64,000 nt of DNA. It comes from Phoronis australis. Taxonomy: Eukaryota; Animalia; Phoronida. How positions within the stretch are numbered: the stretch's first letter is position 1; every line of letters begins with the position of its first letter. Shown here piece after piece: positions 1 through 13,020 of this stretch. Location of the stretch: assembly GCA_002633005.1 (NCBI GenBank), contig NMRA01000041.1, positions 443,140-507,139 on the forward strand, written 5' to 3'. Below the pieces are notes generated by a model. It worked only from the letters and a program-made list of their open reading frames with translations, made no database searches and was not told the DNA's origin. The position numbers and the translations under genes were made by a program.

Positions 1-721
1 AAATTCATTCTAGGTGTTTTTCCAATGCAATGTTACGACATTTACTGAAATAAGGCTTATTCATGTTAATTCGATAACTGAGCTGGTGGTCCTGGGGGTG
101 GGGTCCACGATAAAATAAGGAAACTCACTCATCTAGAGAATTTTATTGGAAACAGCATAGTTTTGAAGAGAAACTGCTGTGAAAAAGTCACTCTTGACTT
201 CTGAGCATCACGTACCATACACCACTTATTTTGGGAGCACTCCCACCCAGGACAATGTGAATATGTGCTGCTAGCCTGACCGGCATCGGGTGAGTTTCCA
301 AAAAGAAACACTTAGTTCCACTCAATAAAACTGTTATTCATTGGGGTAACTGGTGGGGATAACATCACCGAACGATGTTGATAGAAACTGATTGCTAAAA
401 ACTTACCAAATAATGTTGTGTAGTCTCCGAATGGAACTGCATAGTCCGAGCACACACGGGGCTTCAGCATCCACACACTTTTTGTCAGTTAGTTGACCCT
501 GTTGACCGCAATTGTCCACGAATATAGTAACCTTAGGTCTTTTGGGAATTTGTGGCCACCTGTCGAAGATTTGCACCAGGGAAATTAACAGTAATAATGT
601 TTTGCGCCACGACGTATTTTGATAAAAATTACATCTTTTACCAGTTGTTTATATGCAGACAGCCACGCATGCGCAATTCAATCACCACTAGTACAGCAGC
701 GACACCGCGAGGAGAATTCTC

Positions 722-1345
722 CGAATAGCCCCATTAAATGTTTACCAAAATTATTAGTTTTGGCATCTTGGTTTTTCCTTGGTTTGGCGAAATCATCCTC
801 TACATAGACACAGCTACATTGTATCTTCTATAACAGGGACATATTTTCTACTGTCATCAGCAATAAAGTCATTGACAGTGCCAGTACAGGCATTGAAATC
901 ACATGCTAGAATTAATGTGGCTTGGCTTAGTTTACCTGAAACATTAAAATGTATGATGTCATTATATAACTGCTCCAACTCACTTTCTTGGCTATGATCC
1001 GAGCCCTCTGGAGGCAGGTACACAGAACCTATAATGACATGAGGCTTTTCGCCATGGGGGTACATATTTGTAAATAAACACCATCTTTTAAATCATAATT
1101 CATGCGTGTTACATTCCGTGCCAAATTATTTTTACAAACACAGTGACGCCTCCTGATAATTTCCCACCAGGGGGGGGGCGAATTGCAGAGTGGACAGTAT
1201 AGTTGTCAAATTCTGCTGGTGATTTTTGGAACGACACAATGAAACCAATTATATCACATGACTCAACAATTTCATATATTTCCTGAGAAGATGACTTCAT
1301 TTTGAAGCCCAGTCCTTCTATATTCCAGGATCCTATATTCAAATC
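722..1345 (-). pseudogene. Decayed APE endonuclease (N-terminus of LINE ORF2), RTEX-like
   Basis: Frameshifted pieces read MNIGSWNIEGL...GGVTVFVK (1109-1342), IIGSVYLPPEGS...LILACDFNACTG (814-1065) and PRKNQDAKTNNFGKHLMGL (~725-785). These are APE motifs in the expected order; the R.NQD..N..G..L motif is typical of RTEX-type elements. Confidence 0.8.
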
Positions 1346-1366
1346 GATGCTCTTTTCATCAAATTG

Positions 1367-2040
1367 CTATTCTGCATCAGGGTCTGCTTCATCATTGGTA
1401 CCTCTGTCAGCTGACCTTCGAAAATCTGTTCTTCGTTTGACCATGTCTTGTTCTTCGTCGTAGTAGTAGGTTTCTTTACCGTTGATCATCTTGTCGAATG
1501 TGATTTTAGCATGTTCCATCCTCTTCTCCATTTTGTATGTGTATAACTTTTTCCTTGCCACTCTAACTCGCCATGAGAAATCTTCAGTTATGTGTACCCC
1601 CTCTGGCAGGTCTCTATGCTTCTTCATGAGAGCAGATTTGCTTGCCGCCGATACTTTTGCGATTAATGGTTGATTTCTGTTTTGCTGTTTTCTGCCAAGA
1701 CGATGTGCACGGTCAATAGACAACTCACCTATTGTTAAATCATCAGCCACTTGTTGAACTAATTCAGCAGTTTTGTCCCATGACTCGTCGACCTCCTTCT
1801 TCACACCATATGTACTAAATATTGTCCCTTCTGGACCTATTTTTGAGGTCGTCCACCTTTCTCTCCAGCAGCTTAATGCAATCCCTGAGTTTGATATTTT
1901 CAGCCTTTGTCTCTTAGAATTGATGTCTTAGTTTATCTACATGTATCCCCCTCTCCATTCCATCAAATTTAGCACTCAGTTGTTTAAGCAACTCTCTAGT
2001 TCTTATGTCCTGTTTTTGGGCCATGTAATCTACGAATCTG
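1367..2040 (-). pseudogene. LINE ORF1 (L1-type coiled coil plus RRM), disrupted
   Basis: Coiled coil ...LLERKVDDLKNRSRRDNI, then a frameshift into GVKKEVDESW...IDRAHRLGRKQQNRNQPLIAKV...VHITEDFSWRVRVARKKL. Lies directly upstream of the endonuclease on the same strand. Confidence 0.85.
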
Positions 2041-2121
2041 CTGGTACTGCACACGTTGGTTCGGCATTGTTCCCAACGGTTGTGACAGTTACGTAATAAC
2101 TGCAGATACGTTGAATGTGGT

Positions 2122-5100
2122 GGCTAGTGGAGGAGAGTGGAGGCTAGTGGTGGACAGTGGAGGCCAAGGGATACCAGTGGAGGACAGTCTAGGCTAGTGG
2201 AGTCTAGTGAAGACCAATAGAGGCCAGTGGAAGCCTGTGGAGGCCAGCCGGGGGCGCTTGAGTCCGGTTGAGGAAAGAGAAACACAGTGGAGGGCAGCAG
2301 AGGCCAACGGGGCCAATGGAGACCAGAAGAGGGCAACAAAGGCCAGCGGAGGCCGGAGGAGGCCAGAGGGGAACGGCTGTTGCCAATGGAGTCCAGCGAG
2401 GGCCCGCGGAGTCCTGTGAAGGCCAGGAAAAATCAGTGGAGGAAAGTACACGCCTTTGAGGGCCAGTGGAGGACAGTGGAGGAAATTGAAGGTCATTGGT
2501 GGCCAGTGAAGGCCAGTGGAGGCCAGTGGAGGCCGGTGGACACCAGTGGAGGCCAGTGGAGGCCAGTATGGAGTCTAGTGGAGACCAGTGGATGCCAGTG
2601 GAAGCCAGTGGAGGCCAGTGGAGGCCAGCAGACGCCAGCGGCAACCAGCGGATGGCCAGCAAACAGCTGAAAAAGCCCTCGGAGGCCAGCGGAGGCCAGA
2701 AGAGAGCAGAGGAGGCCATTGGATACCAGTGGAAGTCAACTGAGGCCATTGGAGGTCAATGGAGGCCAGTGGTGGCCCGTTGAGGCCTGTGGAGGCCAGG
2801 GTAGGCTACTTTGGGCCAGTAGAGGCAGCGGAGGCCAGCGGAGACCAGCGGATGCCATTGGAGGACAGTGGAGACCAGAAGAGTGCAGAGGCGATCGGTG
2901 GAGACCAGTGGAAGCCAGAGTAGGCCAGAGGAGGCTAGTGAAGGCTAGCGGAGTCAAGAGGAGGCCAGTCAAAGCCTATAGAGACCAATGGAAGCCAGTG
3001 GTGGCCGTGGAGGACAGTGGAAGCCAGTGGTGGCCAGTGGAGGTCCATGAAGGCCAGGGAAAGCCATTCGAGTACAGTGGAGGCCAGTGAAGGCCAGTGG
3101 TTGCCAGTGGTGGCCATTAGATGGCACTGAAGCCCAGTGGTGGACAGTAGAGGCATGTGGTGGCCAGTGGAGGACACTGGAGTCCAGTGGAGGCCACTAG
3201 AAGCAAATGGAGGTCAGTGGAGGCCTGAGGAGGCTAGCCGAGAGCCACTTGAGTCCGGTTGAGGAAAGTGATTCTCAGTGGAGGGCAACAGAGTACAACG
3301 TAGGCCAGCGGAGGTGAACTGAAGCCAGCGGAGGCCGGAGTAGGAAGGAGGAGGCCGGCGGTTGCCACCGAGTCTAGCGGCGGCCAGCGGAGTCCAGTGA
3401 AGGCCAGGCAAAGCTAGTGGAGGCCTTTGGACGCCTTTGAGGGCCAGTGGTGACCCTTGAAGGCCACTGGAGGCCATTGGAGGAAATTGGAGGCCATTGC
3501 GGGCCAGTGAAGGCCAGAGGAAGCCAGTGGAGGCCAGTGGGGGCCAGTGGAGGCTAGTGGTGGCCAGTGGAGGCCACTGGAGTCCAGTGAAGGCCATTGG
3601 AAGGCAGTAGAGGCCAGTGGAGGCTAGTCAGGGCCAGGTGAGGTCAGTGAAAGCCAGTACATGTTAATGGATGCCACTGGAGGCCAGTAGAGTGCCGTTG
3701 AGGCCAGTAGAGTGCCGTTGAGGCCCGTGTAGACCACCAGAGGCCATTAGAGGTACGTGGAAGCAAATGGAGGATAGTGAAAGCTATTGGAGGCCAGCGG
3801 AGGCCCGTTGAGGCCAGTGTAGGCCAAGAGGGGACAGCGGACGCCAGTAAAGGACAGAGGAGGCCAGTGGAGGACAGTGGTAACCAGTAGAGGCCAGTAG
3901 AAGTCAGTGGAAGCCAGTGGAGGCCTGTAGAGGGCAGTGGAAGTCCTTGGATGCCCGTGGAGGCTAGTGGAGACTAGTGGGTGCCATTGGAACCAGTCGA
4001 GGACAGTGGAGGGCTGTTGAGGCCTGTGTAGACCAACTGAGGCCAGTGGACGACATTAGAAGCTTGAAGAGGCAAGTGGAGGAAAGTGGTGTCCAGTGGA
4101 GACCAGTGGTTGCCAGTGGAGATCATTTCAGGCCAGCGGAGGTCGATGGAGGCCAGTGGAGGGGAGTAGAGATCCGTGGAGGCCAGGGGAAGCCAATGGA
4201 GACCAGTGGAGGCCTATGGAGGCTACTGGAGAATAGTGGGTGTCATTGGAGGCTCGTGGAGGACAGTTTAGGCCAACTCAGGCCAGCTGAAGCCAGTAGA
4301 GGACAAAGGAGGCCAGTGGAAGACAACGATGTACAGTGGAGGACAGTGGAGGACGGTGGAGGCCAGCAGATGCCCATGGAGGTTAGTGATAGTCAGTGGA
4401 GGGCAGTAGAGGGCAGTGGAGGCCAGTGGTGGCCAGCGGAGGCCTGTGGGAGCCAATGGAGCACTGCAGGACAATGGAGGCCAGGAGAGGTCCGTGGAAG
4501 CCAGTGGAGGCTAGCTGAGGCCAGTGAATGCCCGAGGAGGCCCGTGGAGGCCAGTGGAGTCCAGCAGACGCCAGCTGAAATCAGCGGATGGCGAGCGAAC
4601 AGCTGCAGAAGCCCTTGGAGGCCTGCGGAGGCCAGAGGAGGTCATTGGAGACTAGTGGAGGCCATAGGATGCCAACGGAGGCCAGCGGAGGCCAGTGGAA
4701 GACGGCGGATGCCACTGGATGCCAGTCGAATCCTGTGGAGGTCAATCATGGCAGGTTGTGGTCAGTGGTGGGCAGTCGAGGCTAGTGGAGGCCAGTGGAG
4801 GCCAGTGGAGGCCAGTGAAGGCCAGTGGAGGCCAGTTGAGTCAGTTGAGATCAGGGAAAGTCAGAAGATGACAGTGGAGGCCAGTGGAGGCTAGTGGAGT
4901 CCAGTGGAGGCCAGTTGTGGCCAATGGCGGCTAGTTCAGGCCAAGTGAGGTCAGTGAAAGCCAGTAGATGGTAGTGGAGGCCACTGGAGGCCAGTAGAGG
5001 GCGGTGGAGGCCAGTGTAGGCCACTAGAGCTCAGCGGCCGCCGGTAGAGGACAGAAAAGTCAAGTTGAGGCCAGTGGAGGCCAGTGGGGCCAGTGGAGGC

Positions 5101-8100
5101 CAGTGGATGTCCGTGGAGGCTAGTGGAGAATAGTGGGTGATAGAAGAGGCCATCGGAGGCCAGTGAAGGCCAGTAGAGAGCAGTGGAGGTCAATAGAGGC
5201 CAGCGGACGCCAGTAGAGGTAAGTGGAGGCCAGTTGAGGCCAGTTGAGGCCAGTAGAGGTCCATGGAAGCAAGTGGAGGACAATGGAGGCTAGTGAAGAC
5301 CAGTGGAAGTTAGTGGAGGGCAGTGGAGGCCAGAAAAGGCCAGAGGAAGCAAGTGGAGGCCAGTACAGGTCAGTGGATTCCAGTGGAGGCCAGTGAAGGA
5401 CAGTGGTGGTCCTTGGGGGCCCGTGGAGGCTAATGGAGACTAGTGGGTGCCAGTGGAGGTCAGTGGAGGTCAGTGGAGGCAAGTGGAGGCCAGTGGAGGT
5501 CACTGGAGGCCAGTGAATGCCCATGGAAGCCAATGTAGTACCAATAGAGGCCAGCGGACGCCAGTAGAGGCCAAAGAAGGCCACTGGAGGCAATCGGTGC
5601 CAGTGGAGTCCAGTGGAGGCCCTTGAAAGCTAGTGGGTGCCAGTGGAGGCCAGTAGAGGACAGAAGAGGCCAGTGGGGGCCAGTGGTGGCCAGTGGAGGA
5701 TCGTGGAGGACATTTGACGCCAGCAGATGACCGTGTAGGTCAGTGATAGTCAGTGGAGGGTAATGGAGGGCCTTGGAGGCCAGTGGTGGCCAGTGGAGAA
5801 CTGTTTGGGACAATGGAGGGTAGAGGAGGCCAGAGGAGGCCAATGGAGGCCAGTGGAGGCCAGAGGAGGCCAGCGAAAAGATGCAAAAGCCCTCGGAGGC
5901 TAGCGGAGGCCAGAGGAGACCATTGGAGACCAGTGAAAGGCCACAGGAGGCCAGCGGAGGCAGACGGACGCAAGCGGACACCAGTGGAGGACAAAGGATG
6001 CCACTGGATGACAGTTGAGTCAAGACGAAGATAGCAAGTGGTAGGCAGCGGTGGTCAGTGGAGGCCAGTAGAGGCCAGTGAAAATCAATGGATGGTAGTG
6101 GAGGCCAAGAGAGGCCAACGGACGCCGGCAGAGTCCAGAGGAGGCCAGTGGAGGCCTGCGTAGGCCAGTGGAGGCCAGCAGATGCCCGTGGAGCTCAGTG
6201 AAAGTCAGTGGAGGCCAGTGGAGGCCAGTGGAGGCCAGTGGAGGCCAGTGGAGGCCAGTGGAGGCCAATGGAGGAAAGTGGAGGATCGTGGAGGCCCGTG
6301 GAGGCTAGTGGAGACTAGTGGGTGCCAGTGGAGGCCAGTGGAAATCACCAAGGAACAGCGGGGGCCAACGGAGACCAGTGGGGGACTGCAGAGGCCTGTG
6401 GGGGTCACCGAGGGTAGCGGGAGTTAGCGGAGGCCAGCGGGGGACAGCGGGGGCCAGCGGGGGCCAGAGGGGACCAGCGGGGGTCAGCAGTGGCCAGCGG
6501 GGTACAGCGGGGACAGCTGATGGCCGTGGAGCCCAGCAGATGCCGTGTAGCCAAGTGATGGCTAATGAAGGCCCGTAGATACCAGTGAAGACCAGTGGAC
6601 GTAGGTGCAGGCCAGTGAAGGACAGGGGAGGAGAGTGGAGTCCAGCGGAGGTCACGGGTGTCATTGGAGGCAAGCCAAAACCAGCAGAGGCGACTGGAGG
6701 TGACCAAAAGCGAGCGGAGTCCAGCGGATGCCAGCGGAGGCCAGCAGAGGTCATTTGATTGCAGCGGAGGCATGAGGAGACGGAAGGAGGTCGGCAGTTA
6801 CCAACGGAGTCCAGCAGAGGCCAGAGGAAGCCCGATGAGGCCAGTGGAGGTCAGTGGACTCCAGTGGGGGCCATTGATGGAAATTGAAAGCCAGAGGAGG
6901 CCAGGCGAGGCCAGGGGAGGCGAGGGGAGGCCAGTAGAGGCCAGCAGATGCCACTGGAGGTCAGTAAAATTCAGTGGTGGCCCGTGGAATCCAGTGGAGG
7001 CCAGTGGTGGAGAGTGAAGGCCCATGGAGGCCAGTCTAGGCCAATGGAGGCCAGTGGAGGCCAGTGGAGGCCAGTAGAGGTTCGTGGAGTCCAGTGGAGG
7101 ACAGTGGCGGCCAGTGGAGACCAGTGGAGGTCCATCGACGCTAGTAGAAACTAATGGGTGCCAATGGAGGTCAGTGGAGACCACTGGAGGCCTGTAGAGT
7201 CCAGTGTAGACCAAAAGAGTCCAGCACACGTTAGTAGAGACCAGAGGAGGCCAGCGGAGGCAAGTGTTGCCAAATGGAGGCCAGTGGAAGCCAGTGGATG
7301 CCAGCTGATGCCCGTGGAAGTCAATAAAAGATATGGAGGGGCAGTGGAGGCCAGAGGAGGCCAATGGTGGCCACTGGAGACCAGTGGGGGCCAGTGGAGG
7401 AAATTTGCGGCCAGTGGTGGCCCGAGGATGCTCGAAAAGGCCAGTGCCGCCTCGCGGACACCAGCGGAAGCCAGCGGAGGCCAGTGGATGACATAGGAGG
7501 CCAGTGGAGGTCAGTGGTGGCAAGTGGAGGCTAGTGGAGGCCAGCAGATGGCCGTGGAAGTCAGTGAAAGTCAGTGCAAGGCAGTTGAGGTTAGTGTAGG
7601 CCACTGTATGCGACAAGAGGTCCGTAGAGGCCAGTGGAGGCCAGTGGAGACCAATGGAGGCCATTAGAGGCCTTTGGAGGCCCGTGGAGGCTAGTTGAGA
7701 CTAGTGCGAGCCAGAAGAAGCCAGTGGAGGCAAGTAGATGCCCGTGTGGAGTCCAGTATAGGCACAGAGAGGCCAGCGGAGGCCAGTAGATGCAAGTGGA
7801 GGCAAGTGGAAGGCCTTGAGGGCCAGCGTACGCCATTGCCATTAGAGGCCAGAGGATGCCAGTGGAGGCCAGTGGAGGCCAGTGGAGGCCAGTAGAGGTC
7901 CGTGGAGGCCAGTGGAGGCGAGTGGAGTTCAGTGGAGGCCAGTGGACGCCAGTGGAGGCCATTGGATGCCAGTGGAGGCCCGTGGAGGCCGGTGTAGGCC
8001 AACAGGGGCCAGCGGACGTCAGTAGAGGCCAGAGGACGCTAGGGGAGTCCATCAGATGCCCGTGGAATTCAGTGAAAGTCAGTTGGGGGCAGTGGAGGCC

Positions 8101-8802
8101 AGTGGTGTCCAGCGGAAGCCACGGATTGCAGCGGAGGCACGTAGAAGCCAGCACTGGCGACTGGAGGAAGGCAAAAGCAAGCGGAGTCCAGCGGATACCA
8201 GCGGAGGGCCCAGAGGCAACTGTAGGCGAGCAGAAGTGAGCGGAGTCCAGCGGTGGCCCGCGGTGGCCAACGGAGGGCTGCGGAAGTTAGCGGGGGCCAG
8301 CAGGGGCAAGCGGAGACCAGTGTGGGCCACTTGAGTTCAGAGGAGGCTCATGGAACCCCGTGGCGGACGTGGAGACCAGCGGAGATCAGTGGACGCCAAT
8401 GGACCCCAGCGGAGGCCTGGGGATGCCAGTAAAGTCCAGCGGAGGCCACGGATGGCAGCGGTGGCAAGCGGAAGCCAGCAGAGTCGACGGGAGGTAAGCA
8501 ACAGTTTGTCATCCATCGGATAAAAGCGGAGGCCACCGGAGGCGAGTGGATGCGAGCAGAAGGGAGCGGAGTCGAGCGGTGTCAAGCGGAGGCCAACTTA
8601 GCGAACGGGAGCCGGCAGGGGCCAGCAGAGGCCAGCGGGCCCAGCGGGGAGAGGGGGGTAGCAGATGCCAGCAGATGCCAGCAGTTGCCAGCGGAGGCGA
8701 CTGGAGTCTAGCAGAAACAAGTGAAGTCCAGTGGAGGCAATTAGATGCCAGCGGAGGCCAGTAATGCCCAGCAGAGACCAGTGGAGATCAGAGGAAGCCA
8801 GA
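2122..8802. repeat. Decamer minisatellite block 1, consensus GGCCAGTGGA (~6.7 kb)
   Basis: Degenerate tandem 10-mers, with a perfect run at ~6207-6265. Three units translate as ASGGQWRPVE (+) or PPLASTGLHW (-), which explains the dense ORF track. Confidence 0.97.
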
Positions 8803-11800
8803 AACTTTAGTAAATCAAGCCAAAGCTAATCACCGACACAAGCTTTTTCAACAAATTAACAGCGCAAGCAAGAATTCCAAAGAATACTGGAACATCATCA
8901 ATAAAATACACGACAGTCAACAGCAGTCCTCCTATCCTGTCATCAACTATAATGGTAACCTAGCCTCACGAAGCAGTGACAAGTGTGATTTGTTTCTCAA
9001 ATTTTTCACGAACAAAAGCCACATTACACCAACTGATGGCACAGCTTTAATAACCAGCAAGATGATCAAAATGATTGCCAACGAAATTACCATGCCCCTG
9101 ACCAATCTGTTTAACAACCTTCTTCAGCTAGGCATTGATCCGTCTTCTTGGAAACATGGAATTATGGTCCCTACACACAAAAGAGGCTCCAAAACTGAAA
9201 TTTCAAATTATCGCCCAATAACATTACTTAACACCCTGTCCAAAATCTTGGAGAAGATCATTGCTCAAAGTATTCTTACATTTCTCAAACAAAACAACTT
9301 GATCTATCATCGTCAATGTGTTTTTTTGCGTGGGAACAGCACAGTGGCACAACTTGTTGAAATAGTACATGAGATTCATTTACATTTTGAGAAGGGCGAG
9401 AGTGTCAGGTCCATTTAATGTAGATATAGCTTTTGCTTTCGACTGTGTCCCTCACGAACTTCTACTTCACAAACTTCGATCCTACGGCATTACTTGTAAT
9501 CTTTTAAACATGATCACCTCATATCTCTCCCAAAGAACATACAGTGTTCGTGTCGACGGCGTACTTTCAAATTTATCCCCAGGCCTCCTGGATTTGTAAA
9601 CGCAGGTGTACCGCAGGGTAGCGTATTGGGCCCTCTTCTCTTCTTGGTTTATATTAATGACCTTCCTGATAACCTGTCATATACATGTAGCACATACCTT
9701 TATGCAGATGACACGGCGCTTTTTTACCCCTTCGCAGGGATCAGCCCTGAATGTTCTTTGCAGCTTCAACACGACTTAAAAAAACTAAGCTATTGGTCAC
9801 AAGAATGGATAATGAATTTCAAATCAGAAAAAAGCGTTGACCTCACCTTCTCCAAATCCATTAATGCTCTCTTCCTTGTTGACACGTCTTATGACCTTAA
9901 GCTTAATGATGAAATCATTCCTAGAAAACAGTCGCACAGACATCTGGGTATACTGTTAGATGAAAAACTCTCATTCACCTTCACGTTCAGGAGCTCGTAC
10001 AAAAAACTCAGGAACTAATTAACCCACTTAAGCATGTCTCTCGTCATCTGAATTCTACACATTTAGAAGTTTTGTTCAAATCCTTTGTACTTCCACACAT
10101 TGATTATTGTGATATTATATATGAGTCTGACAATACGGGTGCACTCCAAACTTTGGAGAAGTTACAATATTAAGCCGCCTTACTCATAACCGGAGCTTAC
10201 AGGGGATCCAATAGTGTTAAGGTTTTGAATAGTCTCAAGTGGCCCACTGTCTACTCGACGCAATCTTCACATGATCACATTTACTTTCAAGGTAATAAAC
10301 AATGTCAACAACGTGTCTGTCCAAAAAATATTTGATCTATTTACTAGACAAGGCCACCGTAGTGATTTGAGATCCTCCACCCCATATGCAATTCCTCCGT
10401 CGTTCAGTCAGTCATTCAGAAGGTCTACAGTCATGATGTGCATCAACAACTGGATTCTCTCCAAGTCTCTGTTAAGGAAAGCAACTCTTTTACGAGTATA
10501 AAAACATTTTAGAACTGCTTTTAATAATTTTGATAACTCAACACCCTTGACTCAATTCTCCCTTACCCGCGATAACGAAATAGCATTGTACAGATCAAGA
10601 TGTGGCCTTTTCCTCAACTCTGACAAGTTCAGGCACAACTTTAGTAATGTCTCTCCAAACTGTAAATGTGGTGACTATCAATCTTATCCTCATATTTTCT
10701 TCAAATGTCCCCTCATCAAATCCCTGAGAGACTCACTCTTTCGTGCACTCAATGATAACCAATCAATTGTTAAGGTAGGTGTATACACTGATCAAATCTC
10801 CAGGTTTCTAACTAAAATGAGTAAAAAGGGAGTTTTAACTAGTTAGACATGACTCTGAAAGTGACAAAAATCGAAAAAAAAAGTTTTTTTTTGTAGTTCG
10901 ATTTTTTAAAAAATCGTATTTTTTAATTTTCAAAAAATCCAATTTTACCTCGATTTTTTTTTTCAAAATGCACAGGGATCATCAACTGTTTCCTTACGCA
11001 ATATTCTACTTATCCATACCAAATATATGTATAAAATCATTATGATCTTGATTTTGTGGCATTTTTTGTGTGTGAGTTGGGGCAAGCACGCCACTTTTTG
11101 TCATTTGGTCACTTTCTGTCTAATAACTAAAAATCTGGTCCATTTATCAAAAAACCCTGGCACGCGATTTTACTTCAGTCCTAGAGGATTTCAAATTTAC
11201 AACTTTCGTAAAAATTGACCCACGTGTTGTGGAAAAATAGGCCCGAGAATCTTGTCACTATCCTGAAATCACGAGCCGAGAAAAACGGCTTTGAAGTTAA
11301 GCGGTCCATCGATTGCCACTTGAGATCAAATTTCGTTCAGAATGCGTGGTCATTATGTTCCAATTTTTGTTGAAGTACTAGAAATAAAGCTGATACTTAC
11401 TTCTTGTTTAGAAAATGTGACATACCTGTTTGTTTACAGCGTAATATTAATCATTTTTTCGAACTTGTGAAGCACGACAGACGACCAAAACAAGTATGGC
11501 TGTCACGTGGGCGGAGCTTAGCGTTGATCTATTGTCTGCTGCACTGGTGTGCCGACCACACATTAAAACCATGTGTTGATTGTTTATACGATTCATCTGA
11601 ACTCTCCACTCAGTATAGTAAAAGACACTCTATATGACACAGACTTATTTGTTAGTATTCCAATATTATCATCAACCAATATATGTGTTATATCAAATCG
11701 CCGCGTTACTGTCTATTGGCGACGAGGATAAAGAACTACTTTCATAGTAATGGTTCAACATTTTACGTGCCTGTACCGAATGGACTTTCTGCGCAAATAG

Positions 11801-13020
11801 GTTCGCTTGGGTGAGATTCTCAAGTTACCAAAGTTTCTTATATTGCTTTCCTCTAGAATCGTATAATATCATGAGTTTTAATTCAGGATTACGTTTGAAT
11901 CTATGCACTAGAAAAATTTTGTTATGTTGAACACTTGGTCATTTCTTTGGGTTACGGCCAGTGGCAAGTTAAAAAATCCTCTGGGTTTGACAGCCTAGTT
12001 TCTCCCGGCGCGTTCCCAGCACAGAAGCACGGTTTATCTGCGAAGACTCTTCTCTGACGGCATGTAGTTGCCAATGTGTCGCGCGCGCGGCTTTGTCTTC
12101 ACAGCGCGTGCATGCACTCTCACCGAATCGTGCAACACCACCCACGTCGATGCTCAGCGTCCTCTCGCAAGACACCTTACCTCATATTACCGACTTCTCT
12201 TATACATGCACAATTTCTGCACTGACTCCTCAAGCTGAGTGCAGTGATGGCTTTGGTAGGATCTGGCGTACTTAGCAGATACACAAACAGGCTCAGGCTC
12301 GGAACAGGAGCTAGTTCATAATTTCACTACCAACTTTCACATGGTCAAAAATAGAATTATTTTATTCTTGCCTTGGTCTTGCTACAACACCAATATCAGC
12401 TGGTACAGCACTCTCGATTGCCCGGTTACGCAATGCTTGTTGACAGGGTTAGATTAGAGCTAGTGTCCTTGTACATAAGCTCCGCCCCAGTTGTCAATCA
12501 CTGAGCTGGTGAGCACTCAAGCCATACGACTTACTGAGGCTTGGTCAAATATAGCTAAAAAACAACTTTGGATTTTCAGAATGATTTTATTTTTCTTCAG
12601 TATACTGTGCATCAAGAATTAAAGATTAGGATGACATAAAAATGTAAAAAACAGTGAAATTATTTTTTTGTGTATCCACCTACCTTAACGATCTCAATTC
12701 TTGTAATAATATCCCTACTAGAGTGACATTATTACTGAATGGTAGTAATAACCTTGACTTCGTTCTCAACGAATTCCTCCTAAGCAACGTTAGCAAATTT
12801 TTATGTACCGTTTATCAATATTGTTGCATCTGTACATATTTTTGTTTTTATATATCTGTAATAGCATGTCTAAGTATTGGAATACTTATTTTAGATACTA
12901 CTTAATTGTATATACCTCTATGTATATGAATTGTTTACAACCCAGACATAATGCTTCGCGGTTTCTGGGTTTGTTATTATTTCTTTGTATGTTCTGTGTA
13001 TCCTTCAATAAATATATATC
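8803..13020 (+). mobile_element. 5'-truncated CR1-group LINE inserted in the minisatellite (interrupted by a DNA transposon at 10774-12684)
   Basis: RT motifs NYRPITLL, AFDCVPH, GVPQGSVLGPLLFLVYINDL and YADD (~9701); C-terminal SPNCKCGD..HIFFKCP knuckle and LLLNG..L..N tail; 3' stem-loop aacccaga...tctgggtt followed by AATAAA at ~13006. Contains several stops and frameshifts. Confidence 0.92.
10774..12684. mobile_element. Non-autonomous Kolobok-type DNA transposon
   Basis: 15-bp TIRs GGTAGGTG(T/G)ATACAC; TTAA TSD at 10770-10773 and 12685-12688; RR termini. Removing it restores the LINE reading frame (NDNQSIV-NDLNSC). Confidence 0.9.

Noticed and set aside
2122-8802. Possible CRISPR-like or repeat-spacer array
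   Set aside because: The units are contiguous degenerate 10-mers with no unique spacers, there are no cas genes, and the context is eukaryotic.
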